DNA of 35,326 nt from Fidelibacterota bacterium (GCA_046735395.1 JBJKQR010000074.1:1-35326), one strand, 5' to 3'. Positions 1 through 9,003 are shown, numbered from the stretch's first letter. Notes: generated by a model not told the origin, from the sequence alone. Made by a program: numbers and translations.

Positions 1-1
1 A

Positions 2-84
2 ACAGGGTCGCAGTGCAGCCGTTAAGAATCTATTCGGCCTGGCTTTGCAGGCATCGAGAGATTCAGGCGGAACGGAGACCCTGT
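2..84. repeat. Long imperfect hairpin, REP-like
   Basis: Nested inverted repeats: ACAGGGTC (2-9)/GACCCTGT (77-84), GAATCT (26-31)/AGATTC (59-64), GCCTG (37-41)/CAGGC (48-52). Confidence 0.55.
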
Positions 85-104
85 CCCTGTTTTTCTTCAG
101 CTCC

Positions 105-144
105 CCTGTCGCGTCGTAGACCGCCAATGCGCGGACGAAGACGG
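105..144. repeat. REP-like element, CGTCGTAG...ACGAAGACG type, copy 1
   Basis: CCTGTCGCGTCGTAG-N-ACGAAGACGG. Both flanks recur at 492-530, and the right flank also occurs at 481-490. Confidence 0.7.
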
Positions 145-158
145 ATGGACTCTCTTTG

Positions 159-188
159 TTTCTTTCTCTGGCCAGTCAGAGAAAGAAA
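159..188. repeat. Perfect 12-bp-stem hairpin (REP-like or terminator-like)
   Basis: TTTCTTTCTCTG-GCCAGT-CAGAGAAAGAAA. Confidence 0.65.
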
Positions 189-254
189 AGGGAATTAATA
201 GTGATGGAACGTTAAAGCGGAAGAAACGGAATTCACCGTGTCTATAGAATTTCG

Positions 255-282
255 GTAGAGACGTTGCATGCAACGTCTGTAC
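255..282. repeat. GTAG-type REP palindrome
   Basis: GTAGAGACGTTGCATGCAACGTCTGTAC, with a perfect 20-bp palindromic core at 259-278. It begins with the GTAG tetranucleotide typical of RAYT-associated REPs. Confidence 0.85.
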
Positions 283-350
283 ACGTTTTATAGGGCGGTA
301 AACTATCATTCATTCTTGATTTTATCGGCATCTTCGCAACACGTAAATCA

Positions 351-394
351 GATTGCGCTGCGGATCAGGTCCGCAGTGACAGTCCGCAATGACA
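351..394. repeat. REP-like element, GATTGCG...CGCAATGACA type, with an internal 13-bp tandem duplication
   Basis: Hairpin CTGCGGA-TCAGG-TCCGCAG (358-376), outer pair ATTGCG (352-357)/CGCAAT (385-390), and tandem GTCCGCAGTGACA (369-381)/GTCCGCAATGACA (382-394). Confidence 0.7.
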
Positions 395-395
395 G

Positions 396-466
396 CTGGC
401 TTCGGCTCCGCTCAGCCACCAGGTGATACCACTCAGTCACCGAACGATACCACTCAGCCGCTGACG
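396..466. repeat. REP-like GGCTTCGGCTCCGCTCAGCC element followed by degenerate 21-bp tandem units
   Basis: TGGCTTCGGCTCCGCTCAGCCA hairpin. Units are 404-424, 425-445 and 446-466, with GATACCACTCAG exact at 425-436 and 446-457. Confidence 0.7.
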
Positions 467-530
467 GGCGGCGAAGGAGTACGAAGACGGGCCTGCCGCG
501 TCGTAGCTGAGCGAAGCGAAACGAAGACGA
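467..530. repeat. REP-like element, CGTCGTAG...ACGAAGACG type, partial copy plus copy 2
   Basis: ACGAAGACGG at 481-490, then CCTGCCGCGTCGTAG-CTGAGCGAAGCGAA-ACGAAGACG at 492-529. It abuts the stop codon of the flavoprotein gene. Confidence 0.7.
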
Positions 531-532
531 GC

Positions 533-1759
533 TCAGGTTCGCAAAGACGCAAGCATAGCCTGAACGGCCGATTCGGCCGAGGCCCAGGCCCAGTGAAAAT
601 TGTAACCGCCGATTCGGCCGTCCACATCCAGGACTTCGCCGGCAAAATAAATACGTTCATGAAACCGGCTGCGCAGGCCCGGTACCGTCACCTCCGCGAG
701 GGGAATTCCTCCTGCAGTAGCTTCCGCCTTTTCCCAGCCTCCGTTGCCGGAAAGCTCCGGACGAAAATGAAAAATCATTTCGGTCAGTCGATGCAGAATC
801 TTATGGCTGCAGTCTCGCAGCCGCAGTCCCGATCCTCCCGCCTTCCCGGCCAGATAGGCCGCCAGTCGCTGCGGCAGGAAATTTCCCAGCGCATTTTCCA
901 GATTTTTTGCCGGATGGGTTTCCTTCAGACGAAGCAGCTCCGCGAAAAATTCTTCTTCCTTCCTCTCCGGTAAAAAGGACAGGGAAAGGACGGCCTTCGA
1001 GCCGGGCTCGGTGATGCTGCGGCTCAGATTCATAACCGCTGGCCCGGACAGGCCCTGATGGGTAAAGAGCAGCATATCTCGGCTGACATGGGATGTCCCG
1101 CCGGCTTTGACACTTGCAGCCACAGGAAGCGCAATGCCGCTGAGAGCCTGCAGGTCCGCGTCCGGGCTGTGAAGAGGCACCAGCGCCGGATGACAGGGAC
1201 GCAGCGTATGTCCCAGATTGTGAAGCAATGGGTGTATGGATCCGTCCGAACCGGTTCGGGGAAAGGACCGGCCTCCGGCCGCAATCAGCAGGGCCTTTGC
1301 CTCCACCATCTCCTCCTCACATCGAATATTTACACGGTCAGAATCGGGGTTTATTTCAAGGATACGGCTCCGGTTCCGGATCGTCAGTCTCGGCGAACCG
1401 GCATGCTGCATCAGACAGGCCAGCACATCGGCAGCCCGGTTGGAGGCGGGAAAAAATTTTCCCGTACTATCCTCCATTTCAAAAGCCAGGCCTTTTGAGC
1501 TGAAATAGTTCAGAGCCCTGTCACGACCGAATGATTTCAACACCCGGCGCAGGACGGAGGTGTCCGAACTGAAATACTGATCGGTACTGATGAGGGTGTT
1601 TGTAAAATTACAGCGGTTCCCGCCGCTGATGAGAATCTTTTTTCCCGGCCGTTCCGAGTTGTTCAGAACAAGCACGGACGCATCACTGAGTTCGAAGAGC
1701 CGGTCCGCTGCGTAGAGTCCGGCAGCGCCCGCTCCGATGATGGCAACATCTGTTTTCAT
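533..1759 (-). CDS. HI0933/YhiN/BaiN-family NAD(P)/FAD-dependent oxidoreductase
   Basis: GAGAAG Rossmann motif, GKKILISGGNRCNFTN, GGRSFPRTGSDG, LLFTHQGLSGPA, ATAGGI, YFAGEVLDVDGRIGGYN. Confidence 0.93.
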   Translation of the reverse strand: MKTDVAIIGAGAAGLYAADRLFELSDASVLVLNNSERPGKKILISGGNRCNFTNTLISTDQYFSSDTSVLRRVLKSFGRDRALNYFSSKGLAFEMEDSTGKFFPASNRAADVLACLMQHAGSPRLTIRNRSRILEINPDSDRVNIRCEEEMVEAKALLIAAGGRSFPRTGSDGSIHPLLHNLGHTLRPCHPALVPLHSPDADLQALSGIALPVAASVKAGGTSHVSRDMLLFTHQGLSGPAVMNLSRSITEPGSKAVLSLSFLPERKEEEFFAELLRLKETHPAKNLENALGNFLPQRLAAYLAGKAGGSGLRLRDCSHKILHRLTEMIFHFRPELSGNGGWEKAEATAGGIPLAEVTVPGLRSRFHERIYFAGEVLDVDGRIGGYNFHWAWASAESAVQAMLASLRT

Positions 1760-1789
1760 TCAAATCCGCGCTGCAGCGGCAAAGCCCCG

Positions 1790-2194
1790 TCAATCATCCT
1801 GTTCCGGATCATACACCAGCCCCACCTTTTCAAAAGCGGCAACGGGGTCACGGGTAAGAAGGACATCCGCCGGAATACTTCCCGACATGCTCTGATACAT
1901 ACGGGCAACGCCGAATTCGAACGAACCGGACACCAGCAGAGAATTAATGTAATGCACATCGCTTCCGCTGTTCTGGGAAATTTTTTCAACAATATTACCG
2001 ATATTCACGTCGGCCTCTGCCGCCGCACGGCGAAAATCCCAGAGACGGTTCATATCCTGCTGATAATCCGTAGACGCGACGGCCCGCCCGTAAGCTTCAA
2101 TGACATCGGCATCACTGACAGCTCCTACCACCGTGTACCAGACGAGATGCTTGTCCTTCAGAACCCGCACACGAACTGTACGTTCCTCATTCAT
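1790..2194 (-). CDS. Hypothetical protein, STAS/SEC14 (SpoIIAA-like)
   Basis: 134 aa with LWDFRRA and FGVARMY motifs seen in small SpoIIAA-like proteins. It starts 3 bp after the receiver gene. Confidence 0.6.
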   Translation of the reverse strand: MNEERTVRVRVLKDKHLVWYTVVGAVSDADVIEAYGRAVASTDYQQDMNRLWDFRRAAAEADVNIGNIVEKISQNSGSDVHYINSLLVSGSFEFGVARMYQSMSGSIPADVLLTRDPVAAFEKVGLVYDPEQDD

Positions 2195-2197
2195 GTC

Positions 2198-2572
2198 TCA
2201 GATCGCCTCCATTGTTTCCAATAATGTATTTCTCGAATAAGGCTTGATCAGATAGGGAATCACCCGGCCCTGTATTTCAATGGTCTGTTCCTTGTCCCGG
2301 ATATATCCCGAACTGATGAGAACCTTGAGCTCCGGTTTCTCCGCCAGAAGCAGCTCGATCAGGTCCTTGCCCTTGATTTTCGGCATATGCAAATCGGTCA
2401 GCAGAATATCGACCTCGTCGAGATGCTGAAGCCCCATATTGTAGCCCAGTTCGCCGTTTTCGGCTGATAGCACCCGATATCCGGCGTTCTCAAGCATCTG
2501 ACTGGTAATCAGCCGTATCTGCTCGTCATCTTCAACGAACAGAACCACCTTTTGTCTTGTCGTGTTTTGCAT
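2198..2572 (-). CDS. Single-domain response regulator (receiver)
   Basis: VEDD, LTDLHMP, ISSG, IKP. It overlaps the hybrid kinase 3' end by 41 nt. Confidence 0.9.
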   Translation of the reverse strand: MQNTTRQKVVLFVEDDEQIRLITSQMLENAGYRVLSAENGELGYNMGLQHLDEVDILLTDLHMPKIKGKDLIELLLAEKPELKVLISSGYIRDKEQTIEIQGRVIPYLIKPYSRNTLLETMEAI

Positions 2573-5500
2573 CCAGCGTTTTCCTTATTGTGTTGGATAA
2601 TTCCGCCATGGAAAAGGGTTTGCTCAGCAGCGGAATCCCTTTTTTATTCCAGCCTTCATTCGAAGCGATTTCCTCATTATATCCGGAACAGAATATGACT
2701 TTCAGGCCCGGCCTGATTTTCAGTATGGTTTCGGCCAGGACCCGGCCGCCCATTTTGGGCATGGTCAGGTCGGACAGCAGCAGATCAATTCCGTAGTCAG
2801 GATTGGCGGCCTTCTCAAGCGCCTCCACACCATTCCGGGCTTCACTCACCCGATACCCCAGTTCCTTCAGCGACTGGGCCGTGATTTCTCGGACCATTTC
2901 ATCATCCTCGGCAATCAGAATGTGTTCATGCCCGGAGGAGACACGATCCTCACCCGAATCGGATTCAAGCTTCCTGGGTTTGGTTGTATTGACTGCCGGC
3001 CAGTATATATTGATCCGGGTTCCCTGTCCGGGCTGACTGCCTGCCTTGATATACCCCTTGTTCTGTTTCACAATGCCGTACACGGTGGAGAGTCCGAGTC
3101 CGGTTCCCTTACCCACGTCCTTAGTCGTGAAAAAGGGATCGAATATCCGCGACAGCGTTTTCTTGTCCATTCCGGCGCCCGTATCTTCGACGGAAAGACG
3201 TACATACATGCCGGGAGCGACGTCCACGCCATCAATATTGATGGATTCCGAATGTTCCTGAAATTCCGTGCGAATGTAGATGTGCTTGTCATGAGGTTCT
3301 TCTTCGCGCATGCGGATGGCGTCCCGGCTGTTCACACATAAATTCATGACAATCTGTTCGATCTGTGACGGATCCGCCATGACATGAACATCCGCCGATT
3401 TCAGGTCCATTTTAATTTCAATGTCCTCTCCGATCAGGCGATGCAGCATTTTCGTCAGGTCGTGCAGAAGTTCATCCACATTCAGGCTGACCGGGGAATA
3501 CACTTCCTTGCGGGAAAAGGCCAGCAGCTGGCGAACCAGGTTCCGCGCCCGCTCATTTGTCTTTTGCAGCTGAGTGGCGGCCATCTGCGTCATGCTGCCG
3601 TCTTCGGCATTTGTCAGAATCATTTCGGTAAAGCCGAAGGATGCGGTGAGAATATTATTGAAATCATGAGCGATGCCTCCGGCCAGCTGGCCGATGCCTT
3701 CCAGTTTCTGGGACTGTCTCAGCTGATCCTCCAGCAATTGCCGGGCTTCTTCCGCATTGACCCGGTCCGTGATATCCTGCAGAATGCCCAGGCTCTTGAT
3801 TACCTTGCCCTGACTGTCTTTTTCAAGCGGCAGCGAACAGTCAAATACCCACTTTTCCCGTCCGTCCGGAAATTGAAGATGGAGATCCGCATTATACTGG
3901 GTAATGTGGCCGGTGCTGATGGCATCCGTATAATCCTTGAAGGACATGAGACTGTATTCCGGATCCGTCATCCTCGCTTCTACCACCCAGGACCGCATCT
4001 GTCGGGGCGTCAGCGCCGTCTCGCCCAGGTTGAAAAATTCACGGGCAAGGTCGTCGATATATTCGAAACGGTCCGCCTCAATATCATGAATATACACCAC
4101 GCCCCGGCTGTTCCGAATGGCATGCCGGTACAAATCATGCGTATACCGCAGTTTCTCCTGAGCATCCCGGATTCCGGTGATATCTTCCTTTATCCCGATG
4201 AAATGTGTAAGCTGACCCTGCGGGTCCAGAACCGGCCCGATGGTAGCCCGTTCCCAGAAAAGATGTCCGTCCTTCGCCTTGTTCTGAAATTCGCCGACCC
4301 AGACATTTCCCTTCGTGATTTCGCCCCACATCTTTTTGTAATAATCCGGAGTCTGCCGTCCCGATTTTAAAATTCTCGGATTCTGCCCCAGCACGTCCTC
4401 CCGGCTGTACCCGGATACCCGTGAAAAGCAGGGATTCACATATTCAATAATTCCCTCCGCATTCGTAATGATCACCGATACCGGACTCTGCTCAATGGCG
4501 ACTGAAAGTTTTCGGTTTACCAACTCTGCCTCAGCCAGCCGCGCCTCGGTCATCATGCGTTCAAATGCAGGCGCAATGGCCTCGGACACCGTTTCCAGAA
4601 AATGAAGATCCTTTTCCGAATAGAGGTGGGGATCACTGTAGCTCTGAACAGCAATCGTTCCGATCACCTCATCACGGATCTTCAACGGCACACCCAGAAA
4701 AATACGGGCCATGGTTCCCGGCTGGCTTTTCCCCAGCTCCCTGTATCGCCGGACCAGATCCGCCTCCCGGTAAAGCACCGATTTCCCCGATGCAATTATC
4801 ATCGCTGTAATCAAATTTTTGTCATCGACATTTAATTCCCGGATAATATCACTCACAGTGTCCTTCTCATCCGTAAAATAGGGAAAGGAAATTCGCTTTT
4901 CCTCCCGGTCATACAGCGAAATGAAAAAATTCGTCGTATCCAGCACCGGCGAGATGGAGCGATGTACGGCGGAATACAATTCCTTTAGTGTACGTGAGGA
5001 ATTGACAAGCTGCAGAATATCATTCAGAACCTGCGAGACGTTCAGCGATTCCTTCAGCGCCGCCTCGGCCTGTTTATATTCTGTAATGTCATGGACAATT
5101 CCCACAAGCAGATCCTGACCGTGAGACACGACGGTAACAATGCCATGCCGCTCACTGCCGTCGGGACGGATAAAAATAAGTTCACCCGGATCCGTCAATG
5201 TCAGGATGTCCTCAGGATTTTCCAGTTGTTTATCTGATCCGGCAAACCGCAATTCCGGCGCAGCGCCGGCCCGGATGTCCTCCACCGTGTATCCGGCCAT
5301 GGCTTCCGCTGCCCGGTTAGCATCCAGAAAGGTCCCACTGCTCCGGTCAACCAGAAAGATGGCATCGCTGGACCGTTCAAAAATCGTCTTGTACAGTTCT
5401 CCGGCCCGTTTCAGCTCCTCGCGGGTTGCTTCCAGTTCCGCTTCATTCCGGACTTCCCGCAGCACGCGAAGCACTGTTTTCGGCAGAAGATCCAGGAAAC

Positions 5501-5831
5501 GGGTGTCCTTGATAATATAGTCCCGGGCGCCCCGCTTCATGACCTCAATCGCCGTTTTTTCATCACCACGGCCGGTAGCCATAATAAAAGGCGGACAGGC
5601 AACCGGTCCCGAACGAATGGAGTCAATTAATTCCAGTCCCGTCATATCGGGCAGCCGGTAGTCAAGCAGGATCAGATCGAAACGCTGTTCCCTGAGTACC
5701 TGACCGGCTTTTTCCCCATCTGTTGCGGTCCTGCAGGACAATCCTTCTTTTTCCAATGCTTCGGCTATCAGGACACAAAGCCCGGGATCGTCTTCTATAA
5801 TCAGTATTTTTAATTTATCATCAGCCGTCAC
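2532..5831 (-). CDS. Cytoplasmic hybrid histidine kinase, REC-PAS-GAF-PAS-PAS-HisKA-HATPase-REC (CckA/NtrB-like core)
   Basis: N-terminal IEDD/LLDYRLPD receiver, H-box GGIAHDFNNIL, N-box NLCVNSRDA, DTGAGM, FDPFFTTK, GTGLGL, C-terminal AEDD/SDLTMP receiver. GTG start, no obvious TM segment. Confidence 0.95.
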   Translation of the reverse strand: MTADDKLKILIIEDDPGLCVLIAEALEKEGLSCRTATDGEKAGQVLREQRFDLILLDYRLPDMTGLELIDSIRSGPVACPPFIMATGRGDEKTAIEVMKRGARDYIIKDTRFLDLLPKTVLRVLREVRNEAELEATREELKRAGELYKTIFERSSDAIFLVDRSSGTFLDANRAAEAMAGYTVEDIRAGAAPELRFAGSDKQLENPEDILTLTDPGELIFIRPDGSERHGIVTVVSHGQDLLVGIVHDITEYKQAEAALKESLNVSQVLNDILQLVNSSRTLKELYSAVHRSISPVLDTTNFFISLYDREEKRISFPYFTDEKDTVSDIIRELNVDDKNLITAMIIASGKSVLYREADLVRRYRELGKSQPGTMARIFLGVPLKIRDEVIGTIAVQSYSDPHLYSEKDLHFLETVSEAIAPAFERMMTEARLAEAELVNRKLSVAIEQSPVSVIITNAEGIIEYVNPCFSRVSGYSREDVLGQNPRILKSGRQTPDYYKKMWGEITKGNVWVGEFQNKAKDGHLFWERATIGPVLDPQGQLTHFIGIKEDITGIRDAQEKLRYTHDLYRHAIRNSRGVVYIHDIEADRFEYIDDLAREFFNLGETALTPRQMRSWVVEARMTDPEYSLMSFKDYTDAISTGHITQYNADLHLQFPDGREKWVFDCSLPLEKDSQGKVIKSLGILQDITDRVNAEEARQLLEDQLRQSQKLEGIGQLAGGIAHDFNNILTASFGFTEMILTNAEDGSMTQMAATQLQKTNERARNLVRQLLAFSRKEVYSPVSLNVDELLHDLTKMLHRLIGEDIEIKMDLKSADVHVMADPSQIEQIVMNLCVNSRDAIRMREEEPHDKHIYIRTEFQEHSESINIDGVDVAPGMYVRLSVEDTGAGMDKKTLSRIFDPFFTTKDVGKGTGLGLSTVYGIVKQNKGYIKAGSQPGQGTRINIYWPAVNTTKPRKLESDSGEDRVSSGHEHILIAEDDEMVREITAQSLKELGYRVSEARNGVEALEKAANPDYGIDLLLSDLTMPKMGGRVLAETILKIRPGLKVIFCSGYNEEIASNEGWNKKGIPLLSKPFSMAELSNTIRKTLDAKHDKTKGGSVR

Positions 5832-5843
5832 GTCTGGCCAGTC

Positions 5844-6269
5844 CTATATTTTCACCACCTGAACAAAGAGTCCGAGACGGCGCAGTGTTTCCGCAAATTT
5901 CTGAAAATCCACCGGTTTCGTAATGTAGACGCTGCAGCCCAGCCGGTAGCATTGTTCCACCTCCCGCGGATCATCGGTTGTGGTCAGCATCATGACGGGG
6001 ATATCCCGGATTCCCTCTGCTTCCTTCATCCGGCTCAGGACTTCAATTCCGTCCATTCTGGGCATATTGATGTCCAGCAGTACCAGATAGGAGCGGGATG
6101 AGATCCCGGATTTCATTTCCCCGCTGAGAAAATCCCACAGTTCCTGCCCATCCACAAAGCGTCGAATCTCATTGCATACGCCCGCGCTGCGCAGTCCGTC
6201 CTGAATCAGCTCGGCATGTCCGTCATCATCCTCCGCGATCAGAATGACCATCTCTCTGTATTTTTCCAT
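5844..6269 (-). CDS. Rcp1-like single-domain response regulator
   Basis: AEDDDGH, LLDINMPRMDG, IPVMMLTTT, CYRLGCSVYITKPVDF. Confidence 0.92.
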   Translation of the reverse strand: MEKYREMVILIAEDDDGHAELIQDGLRSAGVCNEIRRFVDGQELWDFLSGEMKSGISSRSYLVLLDINMPRMDGIEVLSRMKEAEGIRDIPVMMLTTTDDPREVEQCYRLGCSVYITKPVDFQKFAETLRRLGLFVQVVKI

Positions 6270-6291
6270 ACACTCCGCTCCTGCTGTCCAC

Positions 6292-7518
6292 CTATTTCAC
6301 GGAAGGCAGCTCGATTATAAATTTCGTTCCCGCACCTTCTTCTGATTCCACCGCGACCCGGCCCCTGTGCATCTCTGTAATTTGTTTGACAATACTCAGG
6401 CCAATACCCTCACCGCTTTCGGCAGCCCGGGAATCAACCCGGTAAAATACATCCCAGATTTTTCCCAGATGTCGCGGAGAGATCCCTCGGCCATTGTCTT
6501 CCACACTGTATCGAATTCGGTTGTACTGCTTCTGTCCCTGAATCTTTATCTCCAGCGGACGACCCTGCTTCCGATACTTCAGGGCATTGCTGAGCAGATT
6601 GTGAAATACTCTTTCAAGCAGGGATTCATCCCCGAAACAGGGCGGAAGCTCCGCAATTTTTACATCTACGGTCACCTGTGTCATTTCAAATTTTAAATTA
6701 TCCGTCACCTGCTTCAACAGGCCATTCATATCCACTGTCTTCGCATTCATGGTTTCACGGCCGGTCCGGGAAATCTGCAGAAGCCCGTTGAGCAGCGATT
6801 CTATTTTATCCACATTTGCGTGGATGGTCTTCAGCGACGAGGGAATATCGTGATTCCACAATGTATCAAATTCGGCCGCGTCATCCCGTCCTTTCATCAG
6901 CGGCGACAGCATGGCATCGGCCTTTTCCATCTGCCCCTCCAGACGGCGGGCAAAGCCCTGAATATTGATCAGCGGCGAACGAAGGTCGTGGGAGGCGATA
7001 TACAGATAATTCTCCAGTTCCCCGTTCTTAACCGACAGTTCCTTTTCGATCTGTTTGATTTCCGTTATTTCGGATGCGATGGTCGCAAAGCGCCCCGGGG
7101 ACGGTGATACGACGGAAATCTTGAAATGCCGGTCTATCTCTTCAAAATAGGATGTATAGGTTTTGGGTTCACCGGTCCGGAGCACTTCTGCATACACATC
7201 CAGAAAACGGGGCAGGGACCGGCCATAGAGTTCGCTTGCCCGTTTTCCCGCAGCCCTTTCCCGGGTAATACCGGTAAGTTCCGTAAATTTCGGGTTACAG
7301 TCCAGAATGGTGTAATCGACAGCCCTTCCCTCATCATCATAAATCATCTCATGAAGAACCACCATTTCCGTCATGGAATTGAAGAGGGCAAGAAAGGTCT
7401 TTTCACGGTTCTGGGTTTCACCGACCTGTTCTTTCAATATACGGATGTGTTCATTGACCGTGTCACGGTCGCCGGCATCAAGTGCCGACAAAATGTGATC
7501 GATCGTCTTCTGCATCAC
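6292..7518 (-). CDS. PAS-domain sensor histidine kinase with a phytochrome (Cph1)-type kinase core and no photosensory module
   Basis: PAS (ILDCNPKFTELTG), H-box YIASHDLRSPL, NLLSNALKY, DNGRGI, GEGIGL. Start is GTG 7518 or ATG 7515. Confidence 0.92.
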   Translation of the reverse strand: MMQKTIDHILSALDAGDRDTVNEHIRILKEQVGETQNREKTFLALFNSMTEMVVLHEMIYDDEGRAVDYTILDCNPKFTELTGITRERAAGKRASELYGRSLPRFLDVYAEVLRTGEPKTYTSYFEEIDRHFKISVVSPSPGRFATIASEITEIKQIEKELSVKNGELENYLYIASHDLRSPLINIQGFARRLEGQMEKADAMLSPLMKGRDDAAEFDTLWNHDIPSSLKTIHANVDKIESLLNGLLQISRTGRETMNAKTVDMNGLLKQVTDNLKFEMTQVTVDVKIAELPPCFGDESLLERVFHNLLSNALKYRKQGRPLEIKIQGQKQYNRIRYSVEDNGRGISPRHLGKIWDVFYRVDSRAAESGEGIGLSIVKQITEMHRGRVAVESEEGAGTKFIIELPSVK

Positions 7519-7641
7519 ACCCTTTCATTCGGTTTTCGATTAATTTATGATCATGATGAGCGGAAACCTAAATATTTTACGGCCCGGGGCGCCTTATGTG
7601 ATCCATGACCACGGAGTTTCATGACATTACAGAACCGGGTA

Positions 7642-9003
7642 TTATTTTATATAAATAGTTTTGGTATTCACAAATTCCCGGATCCCCTGCACTGAAAGTT
7701 CACGGCCGTAACCACTTTTCCTGATGCCGCCGAAGGGGAGCCGCGGATCGGATTTGGTCATTTCATTGACAAATACACTTCCGCTTTCGATGCGACGGGC
7801 CAGCGCCTCTCCCTTTTTCAGATCCTGCGTCCAGAGGCTGGCACCGAGTCCGAATTCACTGTCATTCGCCACGGCGATGGCTTCCTCCGCGTCCCGGACA
7901 GGTATAATGGCAGATACAGGCCCGAAGGTTTCTTCGCTGTACACCGGCATCCCGGGTTTCACATCGGTCAGAACGGTGGCTTCGTAAAACGCGCCCGTCC
8001 TGTCGGCCTTCCGGCCGCCGCAGAGCACTCTGGCTCCCATATCCACTGATTTTGTCACCTGATCATGGAGCTCGTCCACCAGATCCGGACGGGCCATGGG
8101 CCCGAATTTCGTAGCCCGGTCCATCGGGTCTCCCATGGTCATACCCTGCATGATCTGAGTCTGCATGGTCTCAAATTCCTCCACACGGCTATCCACCACA
8201 ATAAAGCGTTTGGCGGCAATACAGGTCTGTCCCGTATTGAGCATCCGCGCCCGGGCGGAGGTGAGCACACAGCCGGGAATATCCGCATCCTCCAGAACAA
8301 TGAAGGGATCCGATCCGCCCAGTTCCAGTACGGATTTCTTGATAAGTGATCCCGCCAGCGATGCCACGCTGCTTCCTGCCGCCTCACTGCCGGTGAGTGT
8401 AACCGCCTTCACCGCCGGATGCCGCAGCACCTGTTCCACCTTCCCGGATGAAATGAGCAGGGTCCGGAACAGATCTTCGGGAAATCCTGCTTCCCGGAAC
8501 AGCTCTTCAATATGAAGCGCCGACCCCGAAACATTTGACGCATGTTTCAGCAGCGCTGCATTCCCGGCCATGATCGTCGGCGCGGCAAAGCGCAGTACCT
8601 GCCAGAAGGGAAAATTCCAGGGCATGACGGCCAGGATTGTCCCGAGCGGCTCAAAGGCAACCAGGCTTTTCTGAGCATCGGTGGCAATACGTTCATCGGC
8701 AAGAAAGGCCTCCGCATGATCGGCATAATAATCACAGACCCAGGCGCATTTTTCCACTTCCGCCTCAGACTCCCCGATCAATTTTCCCATTTCCAGCGTA
8801 ATGGTTTCCGCATAGCGATCACGATTTTTCCGCAGCACATCCGCGGCCCGGTGCATCAGGGTCCGTCGATCCGAAAATGGCCTGTCCCGCCAGGACCGGT
8901 ACGCCTTGTCGGACCTGTCTGTTATCTTGACCAGGTCAGCCTCTGAATGTTCACTGTAGTTCCGGATTTTCTCCAGAGTGTAGGGATTAATGGATTCCAG
9001 CAT
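7642..9003 (-). CDS. NAD(P)-dependent succinate-semialdehyde dehydrogenase (Sad/GabD1-type aldehyde dehydrogenase)
   Basis: MPWNFPFWQ, LKHAS, TLTGS, LELGGSD, catalytic GQTCIAAKR, EETFGP, FGGIRKSGYGRE. ATG at 9003 follows AAAGGA. Confidence 0.9.
   Translation of the reverse strand: MLESINPYTLEKIRNYSEHSEADLVKITDRSDKAYRSWRDRPFSDRRTLMHRAADVLRKNRDRYAETITLEMGKLIGESEAEVEKCAWVCDYYADHAEAFLADERIATDAQKSLVAFEPLGTILAVMPWNFPFWQVLRFAAPTIMAGNAALLKHASNVSGSALHIEELFREAGFPEDLFRTLLISSGKVEQVLRHPAVKAVTLTGSEAAGSSVASLAGSLIKKSVLELGGSDPFIVLEDADIPGCVLTSARARMLNTGQTCIAAKRFIVVDSRVEEFETMQTQIMQGMTMGDPMDRATKFGPMARPDLVDELHDQVTKSVDMGARVLCGGRKADRTGAFYEATVLTDVKPGMPVYSEETFGPVSAIIPVRDAEEAIAVANDSEFGLGASLWTQDLKKGEALARRIESGSVFVNEMTKSDPRLPFGGIRKSGYGRELSVQGIREFVNTKTIYIK

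Noticed and set aside
404..466. Possible mini-CRISPR
   Set aside because: The period is only 21 bp with a 12-bp conserved part, there are no spacer-length unique segments, and no cas genes are present.
13..973. Short ORFs 13-198, 97-309, 389-973 and 454-660
   Set aside because: They are translations of REP-like palindromes or overlap the flavoprotein gene, with no independent support.
3384..4370. 328-aa plus-strand ORF
   Set aside because: It is antisense to the hybrid kinase and has no motifs.
6292..7518. Bacteriophytochrome
   Set aside because: Only the kinase core and partner receiver are phytochrome-like. The protein is too short and lacks GAF-PHY.
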